This document shows positions 1 to 12,614 of a DNA stretch of 64,000 nucleotides, piece by piece. The notes beneath the pieces are model-generated. The model saw only the letters and a program-made list of their open reading frames with translations. It was not told where the DNA came from and searched no databases. Origin of the DNA: Macrostomum lignano (lineage: Eukaryota); NCBI GenBank assembly GCA_002269645.1, contig NIVC01002391.1:20424-84423 (forward strand), read 5' to 3'. The translations under genes were made by a program, and so were the position numbers. Position 1 is the first letter of the stretch; each line of letters opens with the position of its first letter.

Positions 1-419
1 CTTCGCGTTCAATTTTGGCGAATCGCTGCTCAACTGGTGTGAGTGACCTGCTGGCGAAGGCGACTGGTTAGCGAATGCCTTTTCCATCCACCCTGGCTGA
101 GAAGGGCGCCCAGGCCGACTGATGAGCAGGCGCGGCGGAGCCGGGGGCATGGTTGTTGGGGGGGGGGGCATTTCCTTCCCAATATTTCAATAACATCAAT
201 ATGATGTAGGCGCGTCCTGGGCCCCCGCTAATTTTTGTGCACCCATGCTCAAAGCTCATGACTCATTCAATTATCACCCGCGTCACTGCCCCGCGCACCA
301 GCCCCACCTCCTTTCTATATGTTTGAAATCATGCATGCGTGTGACAGCTAGCTTTATTACGAACCCCATCTAGCCCTCCTCTCCGCATCATCGAGGAGGC
401 GCGCATCCATCAGTCAAGT

Positions 420-690
420 CTTCATTGACTTCCCCCAAGGCTTTCGACTCGTTGGATCGCGGCGCGCTGCCTCTCTTGCTTCGCGCGTACAAATGTACGG
501 GAGCAATTGATTTCTGCCATTATGATTATAGTGATGTACCAGCAGGACACTACCGCTTTGGTGATGACGCCAGATGGTCGGACCAATTCAGCACGTCCAT
601 TAGGCGTGCTGCAGGGTGACATTCTGGCGCCTTTCCTGTTTGTGCTGGCATTGAATTAGGTGCTTAGGACTGACCTGCCCTGAGGCCGCT
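420..690 (+). mobile_element. Degenerate non-LTR retrotransposon reverse transcriptase fragment (RTE-like)
   Basis: Translates across frameshifts and a stop as FIDF-KAFDSLDRGALPLLLRAY ... GVLQGDILAPFLFVLALN*VLRTDLP. This resembles the RT of the element at 25971-28561 (GVLQGDTLALLFVLLLDWVLRTALP). Boundaries approximate. Confidence 0.75.
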
Positions 691-1299
691 GCACGAAGCT
701 GCAGGGACCGCGCAGGTGAGTCCAAGGGCGAAACGGTGAGATATCCTGACAGGCTTTTGACCGATGCCATGGCGCCCCTGGACCAAGCTGGGGGTGTGAC
801 TTCAATTTCTGAGGGCTATATGACCCAGAGACGCGCTCTCTGACTTCCCCCCTTTCTGGCCACTGCGTGGCTGGCGGGTGAATGACTTTTGTTGTTGTTG
901 ACCCCTATCTCCCCAAGCTTTTCGCCGCCTGTTACATATACCCCATCTTCAATCATTATCTCCGCTGCGCCTCACCCGAATTTACTGTCCAATCAAAGCG
1001 CGGCTGGCGGATGGCGTCATCAGGGTTGACAGGCTACGGCCTTTAATGTCATGCATGTACATCACGCTCACGTGATCGCGTATATAAATTAAAATAGGCA
1101 AACAGGCAAAACGAGTTTGCGCTCGTGTTTGCCCCCCCCCCTTCCCAAAAAAAAACATTTTCGCCGCGCCTGCTGGCGAGGCGCCCAATGAACTTCCATG
1201 GGAGATTCACGTCAAAGAGTTGTCCAGTACGCTCTCCTTGCAGATCGCTGCTTTCCAGATTCTTTGAGGCAGGCCCTCATTGGAATTACCACCGTAGCG

Positions 1300-1572
1300 A
1301 AGCGAAACGATCATTTAATTTAGTCCTAGAACTTAATTTTCTAAACAAAAAGCTTTATGATTTTCAATGAAAGTATAAGAAAGGCAATCGACATATCAAA
1401 AGATGAGCCACATCAAAAGAAGGTCTCCCTTCTATCAAAAGCAATGACGATCGATTTTTGTGCTGAATAAGTGAAAATCTTGTAGTTCTCCGTAATGTAT
1501 TTTTCGGTAAAAACCAACCTGGGTTTATCCATTTTTTCCAAGAAACATAGTTTTCCGTCCTTTTCGACCTTG
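1300..1572 (+). mobile_element. Diverged right arm of a hAT-like non-autonomous element (relative of 10628-11327)
   Basis: Colinear similarity to 11080-11327 (aattttct..aaaagctttat, atatcaaaagatgagc, atttttgtgctgaa, ctccgta.tgtatttt), ending in ccgtcctt...ccttg like that element's terminus. Left end not identified. Confidence 0.55.
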
Positions 1573-1641
1573 TGAGTTGCGTAACAACTCGGCGAAATCA
1601 TTTTGTTAAATGGAAGTGCGTATCCCCACGGTCCCGTGTCA

Positions 1642-2343
1642 ATAATTCCAATTTTATTCACACAGATCCGTGTCGATAATTTTCTGCTTATCCCCACGGC
1701 AGCTTATTGGAATAGAGAACCTTAAAATGAATCTGTTCAAAAACCGTCTATTTGTTTTCACTGTTTTACAAATCTTCCAAATAAATTACTGAATACTGAA
1801 TAGTATCGAGTACTTTGTTAAAACTTTTTGGGTCTTTAAAGGGTTAAATTTTAAATATTCACTTAGCTGCCGGCTTTGCTTAGAACGACCGAACGACCCT
1901 AAGATGGAGGCCTCGAATGGGACTTGCAAAATTCAAAATTCAAAATGTAATAATAATGATAATAATACTAAAGCCTCTTCACATTACTAATTCCAGAACT
2001 AGAATCGGTTCGGATCTTCCAAGAAAAACAGCAGTATAACTATTTAACTCTGTTATATTTGACTGCCTTTACAGCCTCACTTTGCACAATTTTTCACTTT
2101 CTTCTTGGTGATTTTCATTAAATAATTAAGAGTTTATAGCAAGTATATCCGTCTAGTTAAGGAGACAAAAAGTTATACTTTACAAATTGCTTCTGGTTCT
2201 AGAACCAGAACAAGCAATATGAAGAGCCTCAAATCGATTTAACGTCAGTACACAAAACTAAACACAAACAACTGCACAATCTTAGCCGTGGGAATAAGCT
2301 GAAAATTATCGACACAGATCCGTGTGGATAAAATTGGAATTAT
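1642..2343. repeat. Imperfect ~60-bp inverted repeat pair (MITE/foldback-like)
   Basis: 1642-1700 (ataattccaattttattcacacagatccgtgtcgataattttctgcttatccccacggc) is the approximate reverse complement of 2285-2343. Confidence 0.6.
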
Positions 2344-3019
2344 ATCACGTCTTGTCACCGAAATGTCCAGGGACCTTCCAAAAGTGTGTTCATTATTTGT
2401 TGCACCGTTGCTTCGAGCTTAGTTCTTTCTAGCTTTGTCATTCTTCACTAGGCCTAGCCTGGACTTTTCAGTGGGAGTTGTCGTCCTGTGACTTGCCAAT
2501 ATGGCATTGGCACATACATAGCCATATGGAAGGCAAATTTCAGTTAAAAGTAGGTTTTTTACAAATGCATAACTTTGCAATACAATTATATGAAATAAAA
2601 AGCAACAGGCCTATAGATAGGGCCTATAAACCAGAAAAGACAATAATTTGTCATATCCATAGACCCTATTCCTAATAGGCCTATAGAAAAAACTTTTTAA
2701 AAATATTAATTTGGCTTTCAATCTCTTTCATTAGGGTAATATTAATAGCAAACTAGGCCTGAATCATATTTGTCATAGAAATGTTTTTTGAATAAAGTGA
2801 CATAACAAAATGTGCTTTATTTTTACAATTAAAAATAAGTAAGTTTTGTAAGTAAGTAAGTAACTTACTTAGTAAGTTTGCCATAAATCTAGCATAAAAA
2901 TTCATTAGGAAACTAGCATAAAAATTAAAAATTCATAAAATGTTAAAATTGCTTTTTTTTATTAGAGGCGGGGGTTGTATGCACCCTGGCGCACTTTAAG
3001 TGACATTGGCACACAACTG

Positions 3020-3235
3020 GCAAGAGGCATTGCTGCCCATTCTGCCGACTCCCCTGAGCAGGCATACAAGCGTGCAGATACGTACGCAGGCACACACTCA
3101 CACAGGAGTATACAGCGGCCCTAACTTTATATTATTGTTAGGCATGTACACTTCACTGCACCTTGGGGGGTTGGCTCTCAAGGCCATTAATTGCACGAGC
3201 AGAGCCAAGCCGAGATTCCAATTCAGCCCCAAAAT
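3020..3235. repeat. Interspersed repeat of unknown class (other copies at ~19650-19860 direct and ~61270-61410 inverted)
   Basis: Colinear with 19650-19860 (gaggcatt.ctgcccatt...gttaggcatgtacacttcac...ccaagccgagattccaattcagccccaaa). A more diverged copy near 61270 contains gtgtacatgcctaac, the reverse complement of gttaggcatgtacac. Confidence 0.7.
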
Positions 3236-4756
3236 AATAAAATTGCTTAAAGTTAAATTATAAAATAGGCCTTTATTATTTTAAGGTGCAAAAGTTTTTT
3301 GACTTTTTTATCATATCAATTTTCTAAGTAAAATTTCAATTAGACTTATGTCCCCTTTAGGCCTCTTAATTTTTAAAATCTTTTCAATATCTAATTTAAT
3401 TAGGCTAGGCCTAGGCCTAGTTTATTTTTCATGTCATTTTTGGTTAGTAGAACTGGTCATTTTTTTCTAATAAAGGCCTATTTTGAAATATTTTTGTAAT
3501 TAAATATAGGTCATATGCCATATGCTGTGTAGGTATATCATAGCCTAAGTTATATTTAATTTAATTATGGCCCAGTCTGTATCAGCTTTTGCTCTAATAT
3601 ATTGTTTCATTTTATAGTCTAATAGGTATAGCCAATGCCAAAATTAGAGATTAGAGAAAGAGAATATCAAAAGATATTTTAGATAAAGTCTAGCTAGGCT
3701 AGGTCCAATTTAGATCTTAGTTAAACTTAATTTAGTTTGGTATTGAATTGAATAAAATTTCATATATATACAATATAAATTGCAAAATACAATTTAATCA
3801 TTCTAAGCCTATATGATTAATAATTCTAATAATAATTTTTTATCATTTTTGTCTTTATAGCCAATATAAGAGTGAATATAAATAGCTGCTAAAAACATTT
3901 TTAGGCCATAGTCAATATCAGCAAATAGTTTTTAAGCAAAAAAGCTATTATGTTTGTCATAACAAACAAAAGCTCTTATTTTGGTTATGGTTGCAATCTA
4001 AATATACTAAATCTCTAAGGTTTGTATGTTTGAATGAATTCTAAACTAAAATCAAGATCATATAGCAATGGTTGCAACATTATTTAATAGAGCAATGATT
4101 TATGCTATCCAAATAAGACAAGTTAGCAAGTAGTTGCACATGCATAAATGTCCATTTTGATTAAATAAACTAATTAGTAAATTAAATGAACTATAAAAAC
4201 TTTTTAAGTTCATGCACTTTGGGATTAAGTTTTTTTTCTTATATTTTTTATATATTTTCAAGAGTCTTTAGTAGTTAAATCCTTTGTGCTAAAACCTCTA
4301 ACAGTTAAAGCAGTTAACTCAAACTTTAAGGCAAGTCTGCAGGAATTGATAATAATGTGCCCTATCATGGCCTAGTTATCAAAGTCAAAAATACAATATA
4401 GTGCTCCAACAATATAATCTATAGTCGAATTTACCTATCTGACCCACTTAAAACAGATACATATAGTATAAGTATAAAGTATAAAGCTTAAGAAAAATTA
4501 AGTATACTTTTTGTGACACTATTGTATATGCAGTCATATATATACTTCAGTTTAACTGAAAGTAGATACCCAAACAGTTATTAGAAAGTCAACAGTAGGG
4601 TAAGTAGTTTCTGTTTCTAATGAAACTTTATCAGGTCCAACTTATGTGATGGCTGATTTATCTGAGAACACAAAAATCATGTAGTTAGTTATAGTAAATT
4701 TGAAACAGTGGATTCTAAAGCTTGAATTAGTACGCATATTGCAGCAGTCGTCAGTC

Positions 4757-7700
4757 ATGACTAGCCTAGACAACATGCTTAGCCGCGGCTCAGTGCGGGC
4801 ACTCAACAATGGCGAGGACTATCAGAACCCGGTGCTGAAGGTGCTCGGCCACCGCAAGGTTCCTGGCGGCGGGCAGGACCGCTACCGCCTACTCGTGACA
4901 GATGGCATCGATCAGCACTCTTACGTGATGCTGGGCACCCAGCTCAACTACCTGATCGAGGGCGACCAGCTGCCGCCTGGCACAGTTCTGCAGGTGACAA
5001 AGTACGTGCTCAACAATATGAAATCTGACAAGCCAATCCTGATTGTCATATCGCTAGACATTCTGGGCTCGGGCTCTGTGCCTGATCCTGCCAATAGCGA
5101 CGCCAATGGCACCGGAGCCCCCGCCGCGCAGCAGCAGCAGCAGCCGGTGAAGCCTCTCGCCGACAACAACCGGCCAGCCGCGTTCGCCGCTGTCCAGGAG
5201 ACACCGCCGCGTCCGACAGCCAGCAGCTACAGCAGCGGTGCGGGCGGCCGCGGGGGAGGCGGCGGTCAGCAGTTGGGGTTCGTGCCGCAGACGCCGCCGC
5301 ACTCTGGAAGGTCGTTCGGCGGAGGCAGCAGCGACCAATCGGCTGGCAGCGGCATTGACACCAGTCGGGTTCGTCCGATCTCATCGCTGAACCCGTATCA
5401 GAACAAGTGGACCATCTGCGGTCGGGTGACCCAGAAGAGTCAGGTGAGGCTGATTACATGGGTCATTGGGTCAGTCTGATCAATCAGCACCATTTAGTTC
5501 CTAACTGATAGTGCTACTTACATCAGTAGTGTCATTGACATTGCAGCATATCAGCCTACTTACATCAGTAGTGTCATTGACATTGCAGCATATCAGCCTA
5601 CTTACATCAGTAGTGTCATTGACATAGCAGCATATCAGCCTACTTACATCAGTAGTGTCATTGACATTGCAGCATATCAGCCTACTTACATCAGTAGTGT
5701 CATTGACATTGCAGCATATCAGCCTACTTTCATCAGTAGTGTCATTGACATTGCAGCATATCAGCCTACTTAAATCAGTAGCCAGTCACGAGCCCATCTG
5801 CAATATCCGCAGGTTCGCACCTGGTCAAACAGCCGAGGCGAGGGCAAGCTGTTCAGCTTCGTCCTGACCGACGACAGCAGCGAGATCCGCGTGACGGCCT
5901 TCAGAGACGAAGTGGACAAGTACTTCGACTTGGTGGAGCTGGGCCGCGCCATGTACATCAGCAGGGGCCAGTTGAAGGCGGCGAACAAGCAGTTCAACAA
6001 CACGCAGAACGAATACGAGATGGTGCTGAGCAGCGAGTCGCAGCTGCAGCAGTGCGACGATGCCGACGCTGCCGCGGTGCCCGAGATGAAGTTCAACTTC
6101 GTGCCGATCGCTCAGCTGGACACGGTGGAGCCGAACAAGTGGGTGGTTGTGGTAGCTGTGTGGCGCTTTGTCTTTGGCAAGTTCTTGGTGTTGCCGTGCA
6201 TATATAAGCTCTGTGAGCTTGTGGGACTCCGTTTGGGGGGCTCCCAAACGAAGGGTCTGTTGCAGTGTTTGGGCACTCCTTGTCTGTTGCAGTTTTTGGG
6301 CACTCCTTTGTTGCAGTGTTTAGGCACTCCTTTGTTGCAGTGTTTGGTGGCACTCAGTGTCTGTTGCAGTGTTTGGGCACTCCTTTGTTGCAGTGTTTGG
6401 GCACTCCGTGTCTGTTGCAGTGTTTAGGCACTCCTTTGTTGCAGTGTTTGGGCACTCCTTTGTTGCAGTGTTTGGGGCACTCCGTGTCTGTTGCAGTGTT
6501 TGGGGCACTCAGTGTCTGTTGCAGTGTTTGGGGCACTCCTTGTCTGTTGCAGTGTTTGGGCACTCCATATCTGTTGCAGTGTTTGGGCACTCCGTGTCTG
6601 TTGCAGTGTTTGGGCACTCCATGTCTGTTGCAGTGTTTGGTGGCACTCAGTGTCTGTTGCAGTGTTTGGTGGCACTCAGTGTCTGTTGCAGTGTTTGGTG
6701 GCACTCCAAATCTGTTGCAGTGTTTGGGCACTCCATGTCTGTTGCAGTGTTTGGTGGCACTCCATATCTGTTGCAGTGTTTGGGCACTCCATATCTGTTG
6801 CAGTGTTTGGGGCACTCCGTGTCTGTTGCAGTGTTTGGGCACTCCGTGTCTGTTGCAGTGTTTGGTGGCACTCCATATCTGTTGCAGTGTTTGGGCACTC
6901 CGTGTCTGTTGCAGTGTTTGGTGGCACTCCATATCTGTTGCAGTGTTTGGTGGCACTCCATATCTGTTGCAGTGTTTGGGCACTCCATATCTGTTGCAGT
7001 GTTTGGTGGCACTCCATATCTGTTGCAGTGTTTGGGCACTCCATATCTGTTGCAGTGTTTGGTGGCACTCCGTGTCTGTTGCAGTGTTTGGTGGCACTCC
7101 ATATCTGTTGCAGTGTTTGGTGGCACTCCAAATCTGTTGCAGTGTTTGGGCACTCCATGTCTGTTGCAGTGTTTGGGGCACTCCGTGTCTGTTGCAGTGT
7201 CTGTTGCAGTGTCTGTTGCAGTGTCTGTTGCAGTATTTGGAGCACTCCATATCTGTTGCAGTGTTTGGGCACTCCATATCTGTTGCAGTGTTTGGGCACT
7301 CCATATCTGTTGCAGTGTTTGGTGGCACTCCATATCTGTTGCAGTGTTTGGTGGCACTCCAAATCTGTTGCAGTGTTTGGGCACTCCATGTCTGTTGCAG
7401 TGTTTGGGCACTCCATGTCTGTTGCAGTGTTTGGGGCACTCCATGTCTGTTGCAGTGTTTGGTGGCACTCAGTGTCTGTTGCAGTGTTTGGGCACTCAGT
7501 GTCTGTTGCAGTGTTTGGGCACTCCATATCTGTTGCAGTGTTTGGGGCACTCCGTGTCTGTTGCAGTGTCTGTTGCAGTGCTGCAGTGACGCAACTAGGC
7601 AGAGCCCATGAGGATGCCCACACACGCACAACCCTTCCGCAGGTTCGTGGACGTCTGCGGCGTGGTGCACGAGACGCACGACGTGCAGACCATCGTGGGC

Positions 7701-8718
7701 AAGACCAGCAACCGGGAGATCGCAAAGCGGGACCTCACGCTGGTGGACAGCAGCGGCTGCTCCGTCCGCTGCACCCTGTGGGGTGACGAGGCGGTTAAGT
7801 TCAACGGCGAGAAGAAGCCGGTGGTGGCCGTCAAGGGCGCCAAGGTGTCGGACTTTGGCGGCAGGTCGCTGAGCTCCACCACCAACAGCTGCTTCCTGAT
7901 CAACCCGTCGATGCCCGAGGCAGACAGGCTTCGCGGCTGGTACCACATGGAGGGCCAGCAGATGCAGTTCGACACGTTCAGAGGCGACGGCGGAGCTGGC
8001 GGCGGTCCGGGCGGCGGAAGCGCCGTCTATCGCAACCTGAAGGACTGCAAGGCCGGCGGCTTCGGCACCGGGGACAAGTTCGAGTACTTCAGCTGCCTTG
8101 CCTGCATCATTCACATGAAGCGGGAGACGTGCCTGTACCAGGTGAGTGATAGGCTCTAATTGATTGCCTCTTGGTGCTCTGGCAGCCCCCCGCTGAGCCC
8201 CCGGCAACCGCCGCCTTGCAGGCCTGCCCGAAGCCCGACTGCAACAAGAAGGTGATCGAATTCAATGGCGAATACCGCTGCGAGAAATGCCAGTCCAGCT
8301 ACCCGAATTTCACCTGGCGATTCCTGCTGCAGGCGAATCTGGCTGATCACACCGACAACCAGTGGGTGACCTGCTTCCAGGTGAGCTGCTGTCGCCAGTT
8401 CTGTGAGCACTGAGTAGTTTATCTGAGTCAGCATTTCTTATCGCTGCCTCTGCTCATCATCAACAGGACACGGCCGAGAAGCTCCTGGGAGTGACCGCTC
8501 AGCAGCTCGGCCAGATGCGCTCGGACGGAGACGACAAGGGCCAGACAGGCGTGTTTGAGAAGGCCCTGTTCCAGCATCACCTGTTCACCATGCGGGCCAA
8601 GATGGAGAACTTCCAGGACGAGATGCGGCTGCGTGTTGTTGTGCAGGACGTGAAGCAGATGAACTTTGCTGAGGCCGGCCGCCTGTTGGTGAGCCAGATC
8701 GAGGCCATGGCCGTGTGA
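4757..8718 (+). CDS. RPA1: Replication protein A 70 kDa subunit, paralog a (5 exons, ~640 aa)
   Basis: Exons 4757-5443, 5813-6138, 7643-8141, 8222-8380, 8467-8718 all have GT-AG junctions and splice in frame (1923 nt). The product has RPA70N, DBD-A ([27 protein letters not shown]), DBD-B ([14 protein letters not shown]) and DBD-C with a C4 zinc ribbon ([10 protein letters not shown]...RCEKC). Confidence 0.97.
5497..5775. repeat. 42-bp minisatellite in RPA1a intron 1
   Basis: About 6 copies of cttacatcagtagtgtcattgacattgcagcatatcagccta. Confidence 0.95.
6256..7590. repeat. Variable ~25-30-bp minisatellite in RPA1a intron 2
   Basis: Repeated core ctgttgcagtgtttgg(g/tg)gcactcc(gt/at)gt; it produces spurious ORFs in all frames. 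Confidence 0.97.
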
Positions 8719-9235
8719 CTGATGCAGTCATAAGTTATCATTAAACTATCCCAGTAGCTCTGCTCTTCGTTTTAATGCCCTTCTCAAGTTGAACATGAAA
8801 CGATTTTTTACAAAACCAGTTTTCATAAGGCAAGCACTTGCCTATTTTTTGTAACTAACTTATTAACTTATTTGCAATTTTATTCAGTAAAATTTCAAGT
8901 GTATTGGGTTTGCATTTAAACGAATGGATTTCTTATTAATACTTAGGTTAATATTTTCTAACAATAGGAATCCGCATTTGAAATAGGCGACCAGTCTTGG
9001 CTACAAATGTCAATCTCATTAGTCAATAATAACTGGGTACTAAGGTACCAGTCAAATAAAATTGTATTTTCGCTAAAACAGCTGATTAAAATAATCGGGT
9101 TAACATGTCTGATCGAAATTATTTTTCTTAAATTTCTAATTGTCAGAACTTTTTGGTCTTGATTTATTTAGCATAGATTAGCCTGGCAGGTCCGCCTCTA
9201 TTACACGTACAGTCTCTTACCAGACTTGTTTTTAG

Positions 9236-9490
9236 CCGATGGGAAACACCGATGGGAAAACGCCGGAGGGAAACGCTGGAGGAGAAATCCTGCCGAGGGG
9301 AAACTCCGATGGGGGACGTCGGAAAGGAAACGCTGGAGGGGCTGGAGGGGAATCCCGCCGATGGGAAACGCTGGAGGGAAACGCTGTAGGGGAAATCCCG
9401 TCGAGGGGAATCGCCGGAGGGAAACGCTGGAAGGGAAACGCCGGAGGGAAACACTGGAAGGGAAACGCCGGAGGGGAACACCGAAGGAAA
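9236..9490. repeat. Degenerate GA-rich ~20-bp tandem repeat
   Basis: Repeated ggagggaaacgc(t/c)ggagg-like units. Confidence 0.8.
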
Positions 9491-9562
9491 ACTGCTTCTA
9501 TGGGACTGTTAAGTGTGCGGACTTCGGGGCGCACACGTGCATTAGGAAGTAAGGAACTCTAT

Positions 9563-10560
9563 TGTCAGATCAGTCACCGCAGCTAAAGTGGCGGAGGCCC
9601 CACTCGGACCAGTTGGTCTTCCCCGCCACATCCGACAGTCGGACTCTGGCCGGCACAGCTCTTTCTAGGCCGCGAGTTGCGGACTCACAAAGGCCTAATG
9701 CGCCTCTCGGTACGTGAGCAAGTTCTCCATTCTCAGACGAGCCAGAAGAAGCAAGTGCGTGACCGCAGGGCGAGGCATCCGGAGCAGCTTCTAAGGGTAT
9801 ACATCCGGACAGGACTCAACTTGCGTGCCCAGAACCTCTGCTTGCTGTTCAAACTTTAACGTCTGTAGATGTACATGTAGATGCAAATCACGCGCTTCTG
9901 GACCCTTGCCTTCTCTAAGGCAAAACCCTAGCGTCAGTTGCTAATAATAGCAATAGCGCCATGCAATCTGACGAAATCGGTCTCGCGCGTAATGGTGCAA
10001 TGTTTCCTGCCTATAAATGCGGACCCCTTCATGCCTCGTTCTGTCAAGGATTCTTTAAGCTCTGTTCTCTCCAGTAAACGCAGTTCTGCAATCGCCCTAT
10101 TTCTCCCATTGTCCTGACTCAGTTCTCATCCTAGCTAAGCCCAGACCTCTGAGTCTGCTCTGAGGCTAACACCGTCCTCCCAGCCGACTCACTGAGCCCG
10201 GCAGGATCTGCTGACTATTAGTGTCTGAAATCGCAAATCTGCCTGAAGTGCTGTGTTCGATCGTCTTTGTTATTGTATTTCGTTCCGACCTCTTGTTGAT
10301 CCTCACCTCAGTCCCTGAGACCCGAAGGGACTGGTGGCAGCAACTACCAACACTACTACTGATAAGTAGGCTCCTGGCATGGCAAGAGAGCCTGAGACAA
10401 CCCAAGAGCTTCTGTGCTAGCTCAACCTGAGAACCACAGGTACAACATTGGTGGCAGCGGTGGGATTTGAAGACCTGCCAGGCCACCTCAAGACAACCCC
10501 AAGCGAGAAGCTCATATACTTCAAGAAGAAAGAATTCGATGAGTAATGCAAGCACCATGG
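9563..10560 (+). mobile_element. LTR retrotransposon fragment: 5' LTR end plus tRNA-Leu primer-binding site
   Basis: ...TACAACA (LTR-like end at 10447) is followed by TGGTGGCAGCGGTGGGATT (10449-10467), complementary to the 3' end of eukaryotic tRNA-Leu(AAG/UAG). A TATA-like ctataaat lies at ~10011. The LTR left boundary is uncertain (TGT at 9563 or 9864). No gag/pol follows. Confidence 0.7.
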
Positions 10561-10627
10561 TTTTTTTCCAAGTGATTGAATCAGCGGATTAAATAATTGG
10601 ACTGTCTTTCTTTTATCTTGTAAACTA

Positions 10628-11327
10628 CAAGGACGACTTAAGTAGAAGGACGGGAAACCTCGTTTCTTAGAAAATTTTTGAAGGCACTTTTTCCCGAAAA
10701 AATACACTGCGGAGATAGGAAATTTTCATTTTTTCAGCACAAAAATTGCTATTACTTTTTATAGGAGGCAGATCCAGTGCTCATCTTTTGATACGTTGTG
10801 CCTTTTTTATTGCTCTCTATCGATATTTATAAAGCTTTTCGTTCAGAAAATTAGGATTCTATGTTAATTTTTTATTCTCCGTATATTTTCACGTGTCTTG
10901 TGCTTGAAATACATTAGAATGCCACGGCTCGGCTCTTTAGCTTCATGAGTCTTTTTTATCATTCTTACCCGACTGTGTAGCAAATATTTGTAACAGAGAT
11001 GATAAAATAGGTTCATAAAACCAAATATTGGAGCTGTGTCATGCATTTTTGTGATTTTTAAATACAGGAAATGTACGTAGAATAAAAAATTAACATAGAA
11101 TCCTAATTTTCTGAACCAAAAGCTTTATAAATATCGATAGAGCAATAAAAAAGGCACAATATATCAAAAGATGAGCACTGGATCTGCCTCCTATAAAAAG
11201 TAATAGCAATTTTTGTGCTGAAAAAATGAAAATTTCCTATCTCCGTAGTGTATTTTTTCGGGAAAAAGTGCCTTCAAAACTTTTCTAAGAAACGAGGTTT
11301 CCCGTCCTTCTACTTAAGTCGTCCTTG
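10628..11327. mobile_element. Non-autonomous hAT-like element (MITE) with ~245-bp TIRs
   Basis: 10628-10873 is the near-perfect reverse complement of 11083-11327. Termini CAAGG...CCTTG fit the hAT YARNG consensus. The flanks gtaaacta / gtaaactg form an 8-bp TSD with one mismatch. Confidence 0.88.
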
Positions 11328-12614
11328 GTAAACTGTACCATGCAGACACCACTTTGGGGATTATTTATTATTCATAATTCTGCAAAATTCACAAAGTAGG
11401 TTATTAATCTTCGGCTAAAGTGCCAGGCGCCGCAGGATGCATATTCCAGACTTCCTGTTACAAACAGTGCCTTTTCTGCCTACTCATATAGGCAGTAGGT
11501 TTTCTGCCTACTCATATTAGCTTAGCTTATTGCTCAGAGCTCGTATAACGCTAATTGGATGAAAGCTTGACTGAACTCATGGCCATTCATTATTAACTAT
11601 ACACCTCTGCTCAGAGGGAGAAGCAAGACTTGACGCTATTTATCTCGCGCTTGCAATCCTCGAGGCAGCCACCAATCTACCTGTTGAATCGGCTGACACA
11701 ACTACCACTTAGCGAGGCTGACTTGATCCGCACGTTGAGCCTTGCTTGAAAAACTGCTCAGCTGGGGCAAGGCAGTTGCATTGTTCTCATCAACTCGTGT
11801 TTGAACGTCTTTAGATATCTGAGCTGGCACCCCGAACTAGAAAAGTAACTGCGAACATAAACTTCTAACTCATTAGAACTTACCTTGACGAATTGAGTTC
11901 ACTCAATTGATCGCTACTTGAATTAAGCAACGAGTTCTTTGTAAATAAATGAATTGCATGAATTTTTGCTGCGAAAGATTGTTGCAGAAAAACTTCATTT
12001 ATCGCTTATTTTACGCTCGTATTTGAAAAGCTGATTTCAAGCTGAAAATTCCTTTAGTCTTGAAGTCGACTTTGCGTCAAATCAAGCGGAAATGTTCAGA
12101 TAGAGAGCAGCCGGAGATGCCAACCCCTGCCTTGATGCATTACAATGGGCAGCAAAATTATAGGTCAAAGAAACAAACACTTACGCTTGTCAAGTTAAGA
12201 AACTGATTCACTGCCAGCTATATTGCAAACTGGGCCAAATACATGGATAATATAGTTGAAACAAACAACCAAAACTACTGCCTCGCATGCAAGAAGATCC
12301 ACACTGAAAAATTTAAGAAATCATGGAATGCTACGCAGGATACTCAAGTAAAATTTGCGTAGCAAACACATAAAAGGTACGTAAAATATGCATATCGAAT
12401 CGTCAACTAACTAATTAGGAGGAAGCAATAAAAATGCACAGAAAACTACACAGTACGAGTTTGAAACTCGTAGTACGCTAACCTGCTTTTCTCCAGATTT
12501 CGTTAAAATACAAAAAATATTTAACACCAAGCCGTCAAATTATTTGTTTTTGAAATGCTACAAGTTGCAGTTCTGATTCAGCTACTCATCCAGTCCTCAT
12601 CGCGCTGGCGGGCC

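Noticed and set aside
5497-5775. CRISPR-like regular repeats here and elsewhere
   Set aside because: Units are head-to-tail with no unique spacers, there are no cas genes, and the context is eukaryotic.
6265-7786. Several 270-620 aa ORFs over RPA1a intron 2
   Set aside because: They are translations of a stop-free minisatellite in multiple frames and both strands; the flanking exons splice in frame without them.
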